Of a stretch of 64,000 nt of DNA, positions 1 through 9,614 are shown piece after piece. The position numbers were made by a program, and so were the translations under genes. Each line of letters opens with the position of its first letter. Position 1 is the first letter of the stretch. Origin of the DNA: a virus; IMG/VR virus record IMGVR_UViG_3300029827_000001, positions 22,763-86,762 of that record, one strand, 5' to 3'. The notes below the pieces were generated by a model. The model did no database searches. It was not told where the DNA came from and saw only the letters and a list, made by a program, of their open reading frames with translations.

Positions 1-1084
1 TATTCATTTCTAGAGCTTTCTTCATACTTTCCAATCTAGCTTGCCTTCTATCAGATAGGATACTCAGAATATGCTCTCTCTTATCAACCATCTCTGTAGA
101 TGAAGGATCATCTAACTCTCTTGTTAATAACTCAAAGGAAACCAATTTCAAATTCTTAGATATTAAATTCCTCTCATTTTCTTCTTTAACTATTTGATTT
201 ATATATTTGTTCTTGAAATTTGAGTCACCAAATTGAAAAATTGGTTGAGAATTAAACACATCATCATAGAGTTTCTCTATTCCTCCTAATAAATCAACTA
301 ACTCTCCCAGAAAACTAGCAACTCTCTTCTGACCAATCCCTTGAACTCCATCAACATCATCTCCAGTATCTCCAACTATTGCCATAGCAAGAGGTAAGTA
401 CTCGTCTGGAAAATCATTACTGAATTTCAAGTATTCATCCATTACTTTATTTTTCTTTATTATTTTCTTCTTTCTTCCAGACTTGCAAAACATATAAGAA
501 TTATCTCCAATACACTGATAAAGATCATGGTCATTTGAGTAAATAATATGAGCAACATTTGGATTAGTATCAACTAAAGAATTTCTTAGAAGATAATAAG
601 GAATAAAATCAGTTTCAAGATTAGGTACTCTAATCACTTTAATATTCGGCATCAAATTACACGCACTACTAATCAAAAGAAAATTCTTCTGAACTATCTC
701 TGTAAAAAGTTCTCTTTTTTCCCGTTCCAGACCATAAAGATCGTCTATTGCTCTTGAGATCTTATACTTCTTGCTAATATTAGTATGATAATAAGATCTT
801 CCAGTTTCAAAAAATATATAAAAATTTATATCTATCTTTCTCTTGATAGCATATAACTTATGAAAAGATAAAAAAGAAAGAAGAGATTCAAAAACCGCAG
901 TGTTTATATAATTAGACTTCAACGTAGTCTCAACCAAATTAACAATCGCATGCTTCATATATAAAGACTGCATATTGTTCTTTAAGTCAAGATAAAGATT
1001 CAAAGTATCATAATCAGAATAAGACAAAACTTCATCCAAAATAGAGTATGTTGGATAATAACTAAGAATTGACGACGGATGCAT
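1..1084 (-). CDS. 5'-3' exonuclease / flap endonuclease (T4 RNase H-like), runs off left edge
   Basis: Absent from ORF track. Hand translation from ATG at 1084 (MHPSSILSYYPTY...) is open to position 2 and contains KKYKISR, LETDFI, YSNDHDLYQ and the H3TH motif AIVGDTGDDVDGVQGIG; lies beside clamp and primase. Confidence 0.85.
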   Translation of the reverse strand, partial: MHPSSILSYYPTYSILDEVLSYSDYDTLNLYLDLKNNMQSLYMKHAIVNLVETTLKSNYINTAVFESLLSFLSFHKLYAIKRKIDINFYIFFETGRSYYHTNISKKYKISRAIDDLYGLEREKRELFTEIVQKNFLLISSACNLMPNIKVIRVPNLETDFIPYYLLRNSLVDTNPNVAHIIYSNDHDLYQCIGDNSYMFCKSGRKKKIIKKNKVMDEYLKFSNDFPDEYLPLAMAIVGDTGDDVDGVQGIGQKRVASFLGELVDLLGGIEKLYDDVFNSQPIFQFGDSNFKNKYINQIVKEENERNLISKNLKLVSFELLTRELDDPSSTEMVDKREHILSILSDRRQARLESMKKALEMN

Positions 1085-1571
1085 TATTATCTCCCAAAGA
1101 ATGATATTTTTTTCCAACTTCTATAATTTTTTTATCAATCTCATATATTTGTTCTCGAATTTGTCCCAATTCTCTTTCCTTTTTCTTTAATTCTTGTTCT
1201 TTAAAGTCTCTTCGTCTGACCAGGTCAACCAACTCAAGCGGCTGGTTAACCCTCTCATCATCCAGGTAGATTTCCCAATCAACCTTATCTCCAATAAATT
1301 TCTTTAAATACTTTATTCTTTTCATATTAGTTTTATGAGAATCATAGTGTACTTCCCAACCCGCCAGAAGGTTTCCATCCAGATCATAAACATTATACTC
1401 AATAAGAGCATACTCAGGTTGACTTTTATTCCAACTCTCAAGAGACTTTGGAAATTCCACAACAATATCATCTAAACTATCATACTCATATACATCAGTA
1501 TAAGTACTCTTGCTCTGACAACACCCACACCAATATCCATTATGACTTATCTCCTCAATCTTGAAATACAT
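1062..1571 (-). CDS. hypothetical protein (N-terminal CGCC, C-terminal coiled coil)
   Basis: 169-aa ORF tightly packed in the leftward operon. Confidence 0.6.
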   Translation of the reverse strand: MYFKIEEISHNGYWCGCCQSKSTYTDVYEYDSLDDIVVEFPKSLESWNKSQPEYALIEYNVYDLDGNLLAGWEVHYDSHKTNMKRIKYLKKFIGDKVDWEIYLDDERVNQPLELVDLVRRRDFKEQELKKKERELGQIREQIYEIDKKIIEVGKKYHSLGDNNASVVNS

Positions 1572-2311
1572 TATTCTTCCTCTAAACTAGATAGAGTAGA
1601 CCTACAGTATACATTAATATCAATATCAGATATTGCAGTTGAAATACGATTCAAGCAAGCAGTATCTTCAACATTATACATTGAAAAAACCATATCACCG
1701 TCGTGATCAATAACAAACGGAACTGAAACAATATTTGTAATGGCCTCTAGCTCACGATTAGGTATAATGCCACTTACTAACTTTGCAAACTGATCTTTTG
1801 ACTGAGTTCGAGTAGTTATAGCAGCCGAACCATTTTCAAATAAAACCTGAACATTATTTACATTAAAACTAGAAGTAATAATTTTCATCCTATCAGAAAT
1901 CATCTTCCCAATGGAATGAGTCAAAATAATATCCGACTCATCAACAGTAAATATACTATTCATTTCTTCATCGGGGATGAACTTATTATCCATAAATTCC
2001 AAATTTGGAGAATCAAAACGAATTGAAGAATGCTCATCCGAAAAAGTAAAATCTCTCTGATTTACAGTTATCTCAACTTCTTGCTCACTAAAGCATTTTA
2101 ATAAATCTATCTTCTGCTTCAGATTTACCAAGGGAATATCTAATCCTGGTATTACACTACTTAAATCCATCTCAAAAATTGCTGATAAGTCATTAGTTCT
2201 CTGTCTGATCATTCCATTTCTAATATCTACATCATGACATTCTTCCTTAAGAAGAGAAATACATCTAAGAAATTTTTCGAATTCTTCAGCGCTACGGGTT
2301 ACAGTAACCAT
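1571..2311 (-). CDS. DNA sliding clamp (PCNA/gp45-like)
   Basis: About 246 aa, acidic, beta-rich pattern (FLRCISLLKEECHDVDIRNGMIRQRTND); near RFC and primase. Start moved to the ATG of MVTVTR after AAGGAG. Confidence 0.6.
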   Translation of the reverse strand: MVTVTRSAEEFEKFLRCISLLKEECHDVDIRNGMIRQRTNDLSAIFEMDLSSVIPGLDIPLVNLKQKIDLLKCFSEQEVEITVNQRDFTFSDEHSSIRFDSPNLEFMDNKFIPDEEMNSIFTVDESDIILTHSIGKMISDRMKIITSSFNVNNVQVLFENGSAAITTRTQSKDQFAKLVSGIIPNRELEAITNIVSVPFVIDHDGDMVFSMYNVEDTACLNRISTAISDIDINVYCRSTLSSLEEE

Positions 2312-2705
2312 CCATTTCTCCTTTCTTGTTAACTTTCTTGACAATAACCATATACACAAACTTCTCTTCTTTTACTTCTCTTGAACTGGAAAAATCTATA
2401 GTTGTAAAGCATTCCTCAACATTCTCAATCACTTCCATAACTCGCTCAGAAATATGTTTACTCCCAACTTCTTTCGAGTTTACAGGGATAGAAAAAAGCA
2501 TCAGAACAGCATCTTGATCATCAAACTTACAATTAAACATACAGGTATTATTTCCCATCAACTTAAATAAACGATCTTTTGCCGCTGACTTACATAACAG
2601 ATTATAGTAATCCACTTCTTTAACACTACCTGTATACTTCGCATCTGAATCAATAGTTGCTTCAAATATCTCTCTCAACTTTTGTCTTACAACTTCTTTT
2701 CCCAT
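2292..2705 (-). CDS. hypothetical protein
   Basis: 137-aa ORF with GAGG RBS, between primase and clamp. Confidence 0.6.
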   Translation of the reverse strand: MGKEVVRQKLREIFEATIDSDAKYTGSVKEVDYYNLLCKSAAKDRLFKLMGNNTCMFNCKFDDQDAVLMLFSIPVNSKEVGSKHISERVMEVIENVEECFTTIDFSSSREVKEEKFVYMVIVKKVNKKGEMDGYCNP

Positions 2706-2714
2706 ATCAGTACC

Positions 2715-3722
2715 TCATCTGTCAATCCCTATAACTTCAAACTGAGGATATAGAGGAGTCATATTAAAATCTTTACGATCTTTCTTTATGCCGTTATAAA
2801 CAACCGTTAAGCTATTTATATATCTTCCAACGGAATTCGACATATTCTTATAAAAATCAAGAGTAATATCTTTATCAGATAAGATATATACATCAGGATA
2901 AAGAACTCTTTCATTTTTCATTATACTAACAATCAAAGAAGCATATGAAGTTGAAAACCCACAAGCATATAATCTAGTGTCTTTCTTTATATTTGTAGAG
3001 TCAAATATATGTTCTGTGAATATATTAAATATTCCTTCTGATAGTACAACAGTTTTACCAAATGGACTACCTCCTTTTAACTTATAGTAATCAAGAAACT
3101 TCGTTTCATAAAGACTATATTTCCAATGGTTGAATTCCTGCTTCTCATCAATATTTCTAAAATATAAACGAGTTTGATTTTCAGCTATAAAACATACAAA
3201 ATTCTCCTGAAGATAATCTCTTAAACGAAATAGAGATGGACTAACTGGAATCTCATTTATATCTATAAAGTTATTAATATCAAAAACTAAACCTTTAATA
3301 GCTTCAAGTCTAACATTTCTAAATTTTAATCTTTGTTTTACATAAAGAGCTTTAGATTTAAATCTTCCCTCATCTAACTCAGGTCTCTTCAACTTTTTTG
3401 CTGGAATAATCTGTTGTCTAACAAGTTTTGTCCTTGCCTTTTCCTTCTTCTTCATTTCCCCTTCATCAACAAACTGATCCGACAAATCTTTGCCTTCAAT
3501 CTTCATTACCAATTTTGGTATCAGTCCACTAACATTACATGCTCCATGAAAACAGTGAAAAATTGGTGCTTCTAAAGATATATACATATGATAATGCTTC
3601 TTCTGCCTACCATACTCACACCACGGACAACGACAAATAATATTAGTTGAAGAGATTTTAATTGGTTCGCCCAATCTATCTCTTAGAAATTGAAGAAAAC
3701 TATCCTGATAGATTCCAACCAT
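2715..3722 (-). CDS. DNA primase (T4 gp61/DnaG-like)
   Basis: N-terminal Zn finger CPWC...FHCFHGAC; TOPRIM-like VVLSEGIFN and ILSDKD; C-terminal KDFN. Confidence 0.8.
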   Translation of the reverse strand: MVGIYQDSFLQFLRDRLGEPIKISSTNIICRCPWCEYGRQKKHYHMYISLEAPIFHCFHGACNVSGLIPKLVMKIEGKDLSDQFVDEGEMKKKEKARTKLVRQQIIPAKKLKRPELDEGRFKSKALYVKQRLKFRNVRLEAIKGLVFDINNFIDINEIPVSPSLFRLRDYLQENFVCFIAENQTRLYFRNIDEKQEFNHWKYSLYETKFLDYYKLKGGSPFGKTVVLSEGIFNIFTEHIFDSTNIKKDTRLYACGFSTSYASLIVSIMKNERVLYPDVYILSDKDITLDFYKNMSNSVGRYINSLTVVYNGIKKDRKDFNMTPLYPQFEVIGIDR

Positions 3723-3903
3723 GTAGAGCCTCTCTATCTAAAGGTGTTAAAGCTTCAAAACGATCTTCATCAATATAATAAACAGCACTAAGCTTCTCAT
3801 CATCTAGACACTCAAAGATTACTTTTCTCTCTTCTTCATAAACTTTAAGAGCAAAAAGGTAACCATCAATTTTTCTCAGTTCTCTAATACGAATCCAAGT
3901 CAT
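3700..3903 (-). CDS. hypothetical protein
   Basis: 67-aa ORF overlapping both neighbours. Confidence 0.5.
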   Translation of the reverse strand: MTWIRIRELRKIDGYLFALKVYEEERKVIFECLDDEKLSAVYYIDEDRFEALTPLDREALHGWNLSG

Positions 3904-4159
3904 CTAATTTCTTGTAATCTCCACCAGTCATTAAATGGTCAATCCAATAAACTAGTCCTCTGCCTTCACACTTATCACAATATGAACCATCCCATGCCAT
4001 ATAAGTATTATTACCATCTCTCCACTCTTGAAGACCAGCTAATCCAGTACCTTTACAGTGCTCACATTTCTCAGTAGCTCCAGGAGGTAATTTCTCAAGT
4101 TCTTTATATCTTCTTCTCAAAGCAATCATTCGTTCTGCAGAATGTCTAACTGCCATCAC
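3884..4159 (-). CDS. small DnaJ-type Zn-finger protein (CxxCxGxG x2)
   Basis: CEHCKGTG...CDKCEGRGLVYWIDHL; same pattern as the paralogues at 55.6-58.1 kb. Confidence 0.65.
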   Translation of the reverse strand: MMAVRHSAERMIALRRRYKELEKLPPGATEKCEHCKGTGLAGLQEWRDGNNTYMAWDGSYCDKCEGRGLVYWIDHLMTGGDYKKLDDLDSY

Positions 4160-4470
4160 TCATCCCCAAACCAATGCATGTACTCGTCCTCAGTCATCAT
4201 TATTGGCCAATAATTACCAGACTCAATATCTTTATGACTAGAGTCTGAACCAATGTGCCAACCAGACTTGCCACAAGGATATTTTATCCTAATAACTAAC
4301 CATCTCCACCAATATCTTAATCTTGTATATAAATACCAATGAAAGAACCCAAACCATCGTTTCTTAAAATCGTAAGTACATCCGCACTCAGCATATTCAA
4401 CCCATAACCTCCTTCTACGCGTTGATGCCTGACTAGTAGTAGGAGATGAAGCACTAGTCGTTGAACTCAT
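4156..4470 (-). CDS. hypothetical protein
   Basis: Likely start MSSTTS at 4470, just after the RFC stop; ATGA overlap with the next gene. Confidence 0.5.
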   Translation of the reverse strand: MSSTTSASSPTTSQASTRRRRLWVEYAECGCTYDFKKRWFGFFHWYLYTRLRYWWRWLVIRIKYPCGKSGWHIGSDSSHKDIESGNYWPIMMTEDEYMHWFGDE

Positions 4471-4480
4471 TTGTCTCACC

Positions 4481-5464
4481 TTAGGAAGCAACTGCTTTTC
4501 GATAATCCATAAGTACTTTAATGACTTCATAGATACAACCCATAAAATGCATTGATGGTACTAGACAATTCCCATGACTATTTGAGTATTTATTAATAAC
4601 TATCTTTGCAGGCATAGGAATTCCCTTTCTAAAAAATAAATTAGAATACATACTTCTATATTCCAGGTCTCTTTCATTTAACTTTGAGATAATTATATTT
4701 ACTAATTTGCTTATCTTATGCTGTTGATCTGTCTTTAATGCATCAACTATCTCAACAACAGAACTAATTATAACTCTCTCACTCGTTAAAGCAATATCTT
4801 TATCTACTTTTAAAGAACCCGTTCTTGAACTTTTTTGTAGTCTATTAACAATCCTTCTTATATCGGGATAAAAATTATCAATGATAAATTTCAAATCTTC
4901 ATCAGTATACTTTACTTGCTCACTATCAAGAATCTTCCTACAATAACTAGCTACAAACTCTATTGGTAACTGTTTAAAAAAATACTCTTGAAATCTGCTT
5001 TGAATAGCCTCAGGAAGTTTAGAAATATAATTGCAAGTCAATACAAATCTTCCAAACTTCTCATACTTCTCAATTATAGACCTTAAAGAATGAAAACTAG
5101 CATCTGTTAGATAATCAGCCTCATCAATAAATACCACCCGAAAAGGATCAGATCCAGCAGGAGGGATTTTTAAGAAAGGTTCAATAACATCTTCAACAAA
5201 AGAAATTCCTCTAGTCTTCTTTGACGATCCATTTATCTCTAACAAGTTATCTCTTGGATTACTAAGAATCCCTTTTTTAGAAACTAAAATTCTAGCAATT
5301 GTCGTCTTGCCTCCTCCAGGAGGACCATGAAAAAGAAAATTCGCTATATCCCTCTGATTAATACACCTTTTAAAATCTTCTTTATAATCATCAGGTAAAA
5401 CTAAGTCTTCAATAACTTCTGGTCGATACTTCTCAACCCATAACCTTCCAAGAATTTTCTCCAT
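4481..5464 (-). CDS. clamp loader small subunit (RFC / T4 gp44-like AAA+ ATPase)
   Basis: LWVEKYRP, Walker A GPPGGGKT, Walker B VFIDEAD, LTCNY, IQSRF, YPDIRR. Confidence 0.95.
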   Translation of the reverse strand: MEKILGRLWVEKYRPEVIEDLVLPDDYKEDFKRCINQRDIANFLFHGPPGGGKTTIARILVSKKGILSNPRDNLLEINGSSKKTRGISFVEDVIEPFLKIPPAGSDPFRVVFIDEADYLTDASFHSLRSIIEKYEKFGRFVLTCNYISKLPEAIQSRFQEYFFKQLPIEFVASYCRKILDSEQVKYTDEDLKFIIDNFYPDIRRIVNRLQKSSRTGSLKVDKDIALTSERVIISSVVEIVDALKTDQQHKISKLVNIIISKLNERDLEYRSMYSNLFFRKGIPMPAKIVINKYSNSHGNCLVPSMHFMGCIYEVIKVLMDYRKAVAS

Positions 5465-5479
5465 TACGACTCCAAAAAA

Positions 5480-5887
5480 CTAGCAGTGATAACCTTCAAC
5501 ACTATGAAGTAGATGTAGTTGCTTCTGCTTCTCAATAAAATCTTTTATAATATCGTTTGTTAGTTCTCGCTCGAATGCTCTAACTGCTGTGTGCCCGGTT
5601 ACTAAATTAGTTGAACCATCTTCTGATGGTTCATGAAAAAATGGTTCAGATATCTCAATATCTAATCCTCTTATCTGCCTCAAAACTAAAATCTGAAAAG
5701 CTGCTGAAGTTGGATCAGTCGCTGCATTAAAAGAAACATATAACTTCTTCTCACTAACTTTATAAACTAATATTGAATAATCCGACATAAAAGAATACGC
5801 ATCTTTATTATTTGGATTGTCTTTAATCTTAACATCTCCATCATACTCTTCCAGCTTCTCAATAATTTTTTGAACCATCTTAACCAT
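5480..5887 (-). CDS. hypothetical protein
   Basis: Likely start MVKMVQK after AGGGAG, preceded by the GAACAAA-TAAA motif. Confidence 0.6.
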   Translation of the reverse strand: MVKMVQKIIEKLEEYDGDVKIKDNPNNKDAYSFMSDYSILVYKVSEKKLYVSFNAATDPTSAAFQILVLRQIRGLDIEISEPFFHEPSEDGSTNLVTGHTAVRAFERELTNDIIKDFIEKQKQLHLLHSVEGYHC

Positions 5888-5957
5888 AACATAACTCCCT
5901 TTTATTTTTAATTTGTTCCATACCAAAAAAATTCATACTCAAGATGATATTAGAACC

Positions 5958-5989
5958 AAAAAAAAGAGTCGAAAAGCAACTCTTTTTTT
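5958..5989. terminator. intrinsic terminator (A-tract / hairpin / T-tract)
   Basis: aaaaaaagagt-cgaaaagca-actcttttttt, directly after the stop of 5993..6199 (-). Confidence 0.6.
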
Positions 5990-5992
5990 CTG

Positions 5993-6199
5993 TTATGTAG
6001 GGTCAAAACGGGACTTTAGTATTTGAAATACCTCATCCATTGCGTGTTGTATTTCATCACTAGATATACAACTCCGACCAAAACACACAGAACATATGAC
6101 AGAACCTATAAACTCCTCACCCTTTATAGAAGCTATAGGTCGATGACACAAGCTACAAAAAACCACTGTATCATCTGAAGTTATTAAGTTATCCTCCAT
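5993..6199 (-). CDS. small Zn-ribbon protein
   Basis: CSLC...CSVC; GAGGGG RBS. Confidence 0.55.
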   Translation of the reverse strand: MEDNLITSDDTVVFCSLCHRPIASIKGEEFIGSVICSVCFGRSCISSDEIQHAMDEVFQILKSRFDPT

Positions 6200-6229
6200 T
6201 ATCTACCCCTCTTTTAAAAATCGTGAATT

Positions 6230-6808
6230 CTAAATTTTAGGTAAAGTAATAGAATTACCCTCTCTACAAGCAGGACAATCTGCTTCATCCCAATCAACAA
6301 TCTCATGTTGAATAAGAGATATAGTTTCAATATAAGGATGTTTCCAATGTGTTCTATTCCATATTGAAAATATACCTGAAATAAAAGCTCCATCCTGCTC
6401 CGCTTGTGAGATCAAACCACTAACGGAATTTCCAGTAGTAATTACATCTTCAATTACAATTAAATCACACTTTGATAATTTAGATACCGATGTTGACCTA
6501 AACCTGAATGGATCATTCCAATTATTTACTTTCTCAGCAATGACAAATTTTAGTCCTAATTTGTATGCCAACATTCCAGCTAAAATCATTCCAGCTTCAG
6601 GTGGCCCAGTAATTGTATCAAACTTATACTTAAAGAGAGAAAGTTGTGTCGCTAATGAGTCAATAACTTTTGTTCTCAATATTTCATCATACAATATCAA
6701 ATCTTTTTCTACATAACTCAGTGTATGTCTTCCAGAATTTAGTAAAAAATGACCATTAAGCACAACTTTCTCAATCAAAAGATCTTTAAGACTTGTCTTT
6801 TCGCTCAT
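6230..6808 (-). CDS. pyrE: orotate phosphoribosyltransferase
   Basis: GHFLLNSGRHT, PRPP-binding loop VIEDVITTGNS, C-terminal CPAC...I.LP as in short bacterial PyrE. Confidence 0.9.
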   Translation of the reverse strand: MSEKTSLKDLLIEKVVLNGHFLLNSGRHTLSYVEKDLILYDEILRTKVIDSLATQLSLFKYKFDTITGPPEAGMILAGMLAYKLGLKFVIAEKVNNWNDPFRFRSTSVSKLSKCDLIVIEDVITTGNSVSGLISQAEQDGAFISGIFSIWNRTHWKHPYIETISLIQHEIVDWDEADCPACREGNSITLPKI

Positions 6809-7226
6809 TCCCTTTCCTCACCATATTTTCAACTACAGATTTGATAAGTTGCTCATTTAGCATTGGAAAAGAATCAATAAAGTATCTTACAGTTCTAGCT
6901 TTACATAAGTCACATCTACTAACTAAATCACACCAAGCATCATTTATAGCAAAAGAATTCATTTTGATACCTTTCATCCAGGTATCTAAATAAGGAGTAA
7001 CATCTTCAAGAGGAGACCGATGATTATACCCTCTATGTTCCATCTCCTCGACAATTTCATCATGCCTCTTATTCAAATATTGAGGAACGAGAAAATTCTT
7101 CTCAATATAACCTCTTACTGATCTCCCTTTCTTAATATTTCCGAGAAACTTATGATGCTCAAAATGTTCTCCACGTAAATGTTGTCCACATAATAATCTG
7201 GGTGGTAGAAACCATTGTCTCATCAA
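6786..7226 (-). CDS. denV: pyrimidine-dimer DNA glycosylase / endonuclease V family
   Basis: MRQW..PPRLLCGQHLRGEHFEHH and RHDEIVEEMEHRGYNHRSPL match the T4 DenV-like pattern. Confidence 0.75.
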   Translation of the reverse strand: MMRQWFLPPRLLCGQHLRGEHFEHHKFLGNIKKGRSVRGYIEKNFLVPQYLNKRHDEIVEEMEHRGYNHRSPLEDVTPYLDTWMKGIKMNSFAINDAWCDLVSRCDLCKARTVRYFIDSFPMLNEQLIKSVVENMVRKGNERKDKS

Positions 7227-7233
7227 CCCTCCT

Positions 7234-7497
7234 TTATAAGTAACGAATAATTAACATTATCAAAAAGTAAGCAAAGATACCAATAACAGGAGAAATGTCT
7301 CTTAGGTCTTGGACAAGGGACTTAATTGTTACTACTTTTCGGTAATACTTACTATACTCAACACAAGTCTCTATGCATATAGGACTAATTATACACTCAC
7401 AACATGGACTTCTTCCATAAACAAATCTACGAAACCACAAAGAGCTTCTCCTTCGCCCTTGTGACCCCAGTATATAACCATCTTCGAAAATAGTCAT
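7234..7497 (-). CDS. small Cys-rich membrane-anchored protein (PCxxCx5Cx3C family)
   Basis: SPCCECIISPICIETC plus a hydrophobic C-terminus; likely start MTIFEDG. Confidence 0.5.
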   Translation of the reverse strand: MTIFEDGYILGSQGRRRSSLWFRRFVYGRSPCCECIISPICIETCVEYSKYYRKVVTIKSLVQDLRDISPVIGIFAYFLIMLIIRYL

Positions 7498-8686
7498 CGT
7501 CCCAATACCGACTCCTTTCCTCAAATAAAATAACTTTCTTCCAATCACTCCCCTGAGCTCGGTGAACAGAAATAGCATATCCAAAGTCAAAAAAGTCAAC
7601 ACCATCAAAACCAGTACCTTTTAGACCTGCCTGAATTTTCTTAAAATCAATATCTCCAAGACTATCTTGATAGTTTTCCTTTCCAAAACAGCAATTATGA
7701 ACTAAACCATTATAGTTGTCATTATAATCATCCATCTCAATCGTGGCACTATACATATTTTCAGAAAAAGGCAACAACCACATCAAAGTACCAAGTTGCC
7801 CATTCATTACTTTCGTATTATAGTTGTTCTTAAGACAAATAAGTCTTTCACCTGGATATGGATCAGCAGAATCGAAACCAATTTTCTTTCTAACCATATT
7901 ATTTATTAAAACTCTAGACTTATTCATCCCACATAATGCAATAACTTCATCATTAAAATCAGTTGCCTCAAAAATTTCTCGACATTTCTTCTCATGCCAT
8001 GAAAGTTTAAAAACACCTGGACTGTGCACTCCATATGGAATAGCTCCATTATTTCTAACAATCATTGACAAGTTGATAATTGGATTATCCAATGCTTGTC
8101 TATGAATCTCCTTTAAAACATAGTTAGGTTTCTTCATAAGATAAAAATCTTCTCCAACAGGAGGCAATTGACCATGATCGCCAAAAGCTATTATAGGAAC
8201 TCCATAACTTCCCAGATCACTCCAAATTTCTTTATTAATCATTGATGATTCATCAATTATGATCAAATCTCCTGGGATCTCTAGCTTTCTCTTCCAACCA
8301 TATACAACTTTCTTTCCTGCTTTATCAATTCGATATATTGGTTGATACATCAATGAATGTATAGTTCCAATAAAATCAGTATCATATAACGCATCAGCCT
8401 CTCGTAACCTTGTAGCAAGTACTGATGTTGCTTTTCCAGTAAATGCACAAAAAGAAATATCATAACCTCTTCCAATTTTATTATAAATCTCATGTCTTAA
8501 GTGTGGGATAAGGTGAGTTTTACCAGTACCAGCGTATCCTCCAACTAACTTATAATCCTCAGGAATAGCTATTCCCTCAAAATCAGAACCACACACTGCT
8601 TGGATATATCTTGGTTTTATCGAATACTTTACCCAACCAATTAACTCATCTAAAATAAAAGATTGCTCAGAATTTAGATTATTCAC
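7427..8686 (-). CDS. SF1B helicase (RecD/Dda-like)
   Basis: GYAGTGKT, AFTGKA, TIHS, IIDESSM, GDHGQLPPV, LKEIHRQ, YAISVHRAQGS, LYTGVTRA. Confidence 0.95.
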   Translation of the reverse strand: MNNLNSEQSFILDELIGWVKYSIKPRYIQAVCGSDFEGIAIPEDYKLVGGYAGTGKTHLIPHLRHEIYNKIGRGYDISFCAFTGKATSVLATRLREADALYDTDFIGTIHSLMYQPIYRIDKAGKKVVYGWKRKLEIPGDLIIIDESSMINKEIWSDLGSYGVPIIAFGDHGQLPPVGEDFYLMKKPNYVLKEIHRQALDNPIINLSMIVRNNGAIPYGVHSPGVFKLSWHEKKCREIFEATDFNDEVIALCGMNKSRVLINNMVRKKIGFDSADPYPGERLICLKNNYNTKVMNGQLGTLMWLLPFSENMYSATIEMDDYNDNYNGLVHNCCFGKENYQDSLGDIDFKKIQAGLKGTGFDGVDFFDFGYAISVHRAQGSDWKKVILFEERSRYWDDDYFRRWLYTGVTRAKEKLFVVS

Positions 8687-8939
8687 GATACTCCTCTAGT
8701 AATTTAGTTATTTTTACTAACGCATAGCCAAAAAACTTCTTGGGATCCTTAATCTCCTTTTTCTCAAACTGACTAACAAGTATAGTTTTTAAATCTCCAA
8801 AAAATGGATTAAAATCAATTGAAATGCCCGATGAGGTTTTCTCTTTTGCCATCGGGCATTTCTTACCTGGAATAATTGGATGAAGAAATCCACATTCTGG
8901 ACATACTTGACCAACAGTAGGAATATCTTTACCAGCCAT
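8679..8939 (-). CDS. small Zn-binding protein
   Basis: CPECGFLHP...C; likely start MAGKD after AAAGGTG. Confidence 0.55.
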   Translation of the reverse strand: MAGKDIPTVGQVCPECGFLHPIIPGKKCPMAKEKTSSGISIDFNPFFGDLKTILVSQFEKKEIKDPKKFFGYALVKITKLLEEYRE

Positions 8940-8952
8940 TCTCACACCTTTC

Positions 8953-9102
8953 TTAAAAGAACCATTTAATGTACTGACAAATACCAATCGCCCAAGGCAC
9001 TACTCCAAAAACTATAAAAACAAAAAGTCCACCAAAAACTACTACTTTCGAAATAATATCTGACCTTTCTTTTTCCCAGTATCTCACAACTCGTTCAACC
9101 AT
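8953..9102 (-). CDS. small membrane protein (49 aa, below ORF-track cutoff)
   Basis: MVERVVRYWEKERSDIISKVVVFGGLFVFIVFGVVPWAIGICQYIKWFF; AGGAG RBS and GAACAAA-TAAA motif upstream. Confidence 0.6.
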   Translation of the reverse strand: MVERVVRYWEKERSDIISKVVVFGGLFVFIVFGVVPWAIGICQYIKWFF

Positions 9103-9132
9103 GAGTAACTCCTATTCTTTATTTTTTTGTTC

Positions 9133-9160
9133 CCTCCCGGGATATAAGTATCCCGGGAGG
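9133..9160. repeat. perfect 12-bp GC-rich inverted repeat (hairpin)
   Basis: cctcccgggata-taag-tatcccgggagg, between the stop of 9169..9381 and the next promoter-like motif. Confidence 0.8.
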
Positions 9161-9168
9161 TTCTATAA

Positions 9169-9381
9169 TTATAACCAAATCGAGTTTTCTTCCTTCTTTT
9201 GTTCGAAAACCACTCTCGCCGATTTTATATCTGCTCCTGAGATAAATATTGGATTAGAGCAGAAATTGCAAAAGTATACTCCAATAAGGGCAGTTTTGGA
9301 CATCTTATTAGTACAGTTGTTACACTCAAACTCAACATACTCCTCACCACTCTTATAGACAATAGTAACATTTTTACTCAT
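9169..9381 (-). CDS. small Zn-ribbon protein
   Basis: CNNC...CNFC; GGAGGAG RBS. Confidence 0.65.
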   Translation of the reverse strand: MSKNVTIVYKSGEEYVEFECNNCTNKMSKTALIGVYFCNFCSNPIFISGADIKSARVVFEQKKEENSIWL

Positions 9382-9389
9382 AACTCCTC

Positions 9390-9614
9390 CTATCTTTGAC
9401 CTTTTCTATTAATAACTTTTAAAACTTTCTCAAGAAGAACCTTCCATCCATCGTCATAACGATGTTTGATTACATAATCTTTAAAACCCTTGGGATAAAC
9501 TATTTTATAACTATATATTTTCCTCCTTTCGCTTCGCTCCTCTAATCTTTGAATATGAATCTGACCAATATTTTCATAATCCACAAACGCATGAATTACT
9601 AGCAAATCAACCAC
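9390..9614 (-). CDS. hypothetical protein
   Basis: 74-aa ORF in packed operon, AGGAGG RBS. Confidence 0.55.
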   Translation of the reverse strand: MVDLLVIHAFVDYENIGQIHIQRLEERSERRKIYSYKIVYPKGFKDYVIKHRYDDGWKVLLEKVLKVINRKGQR

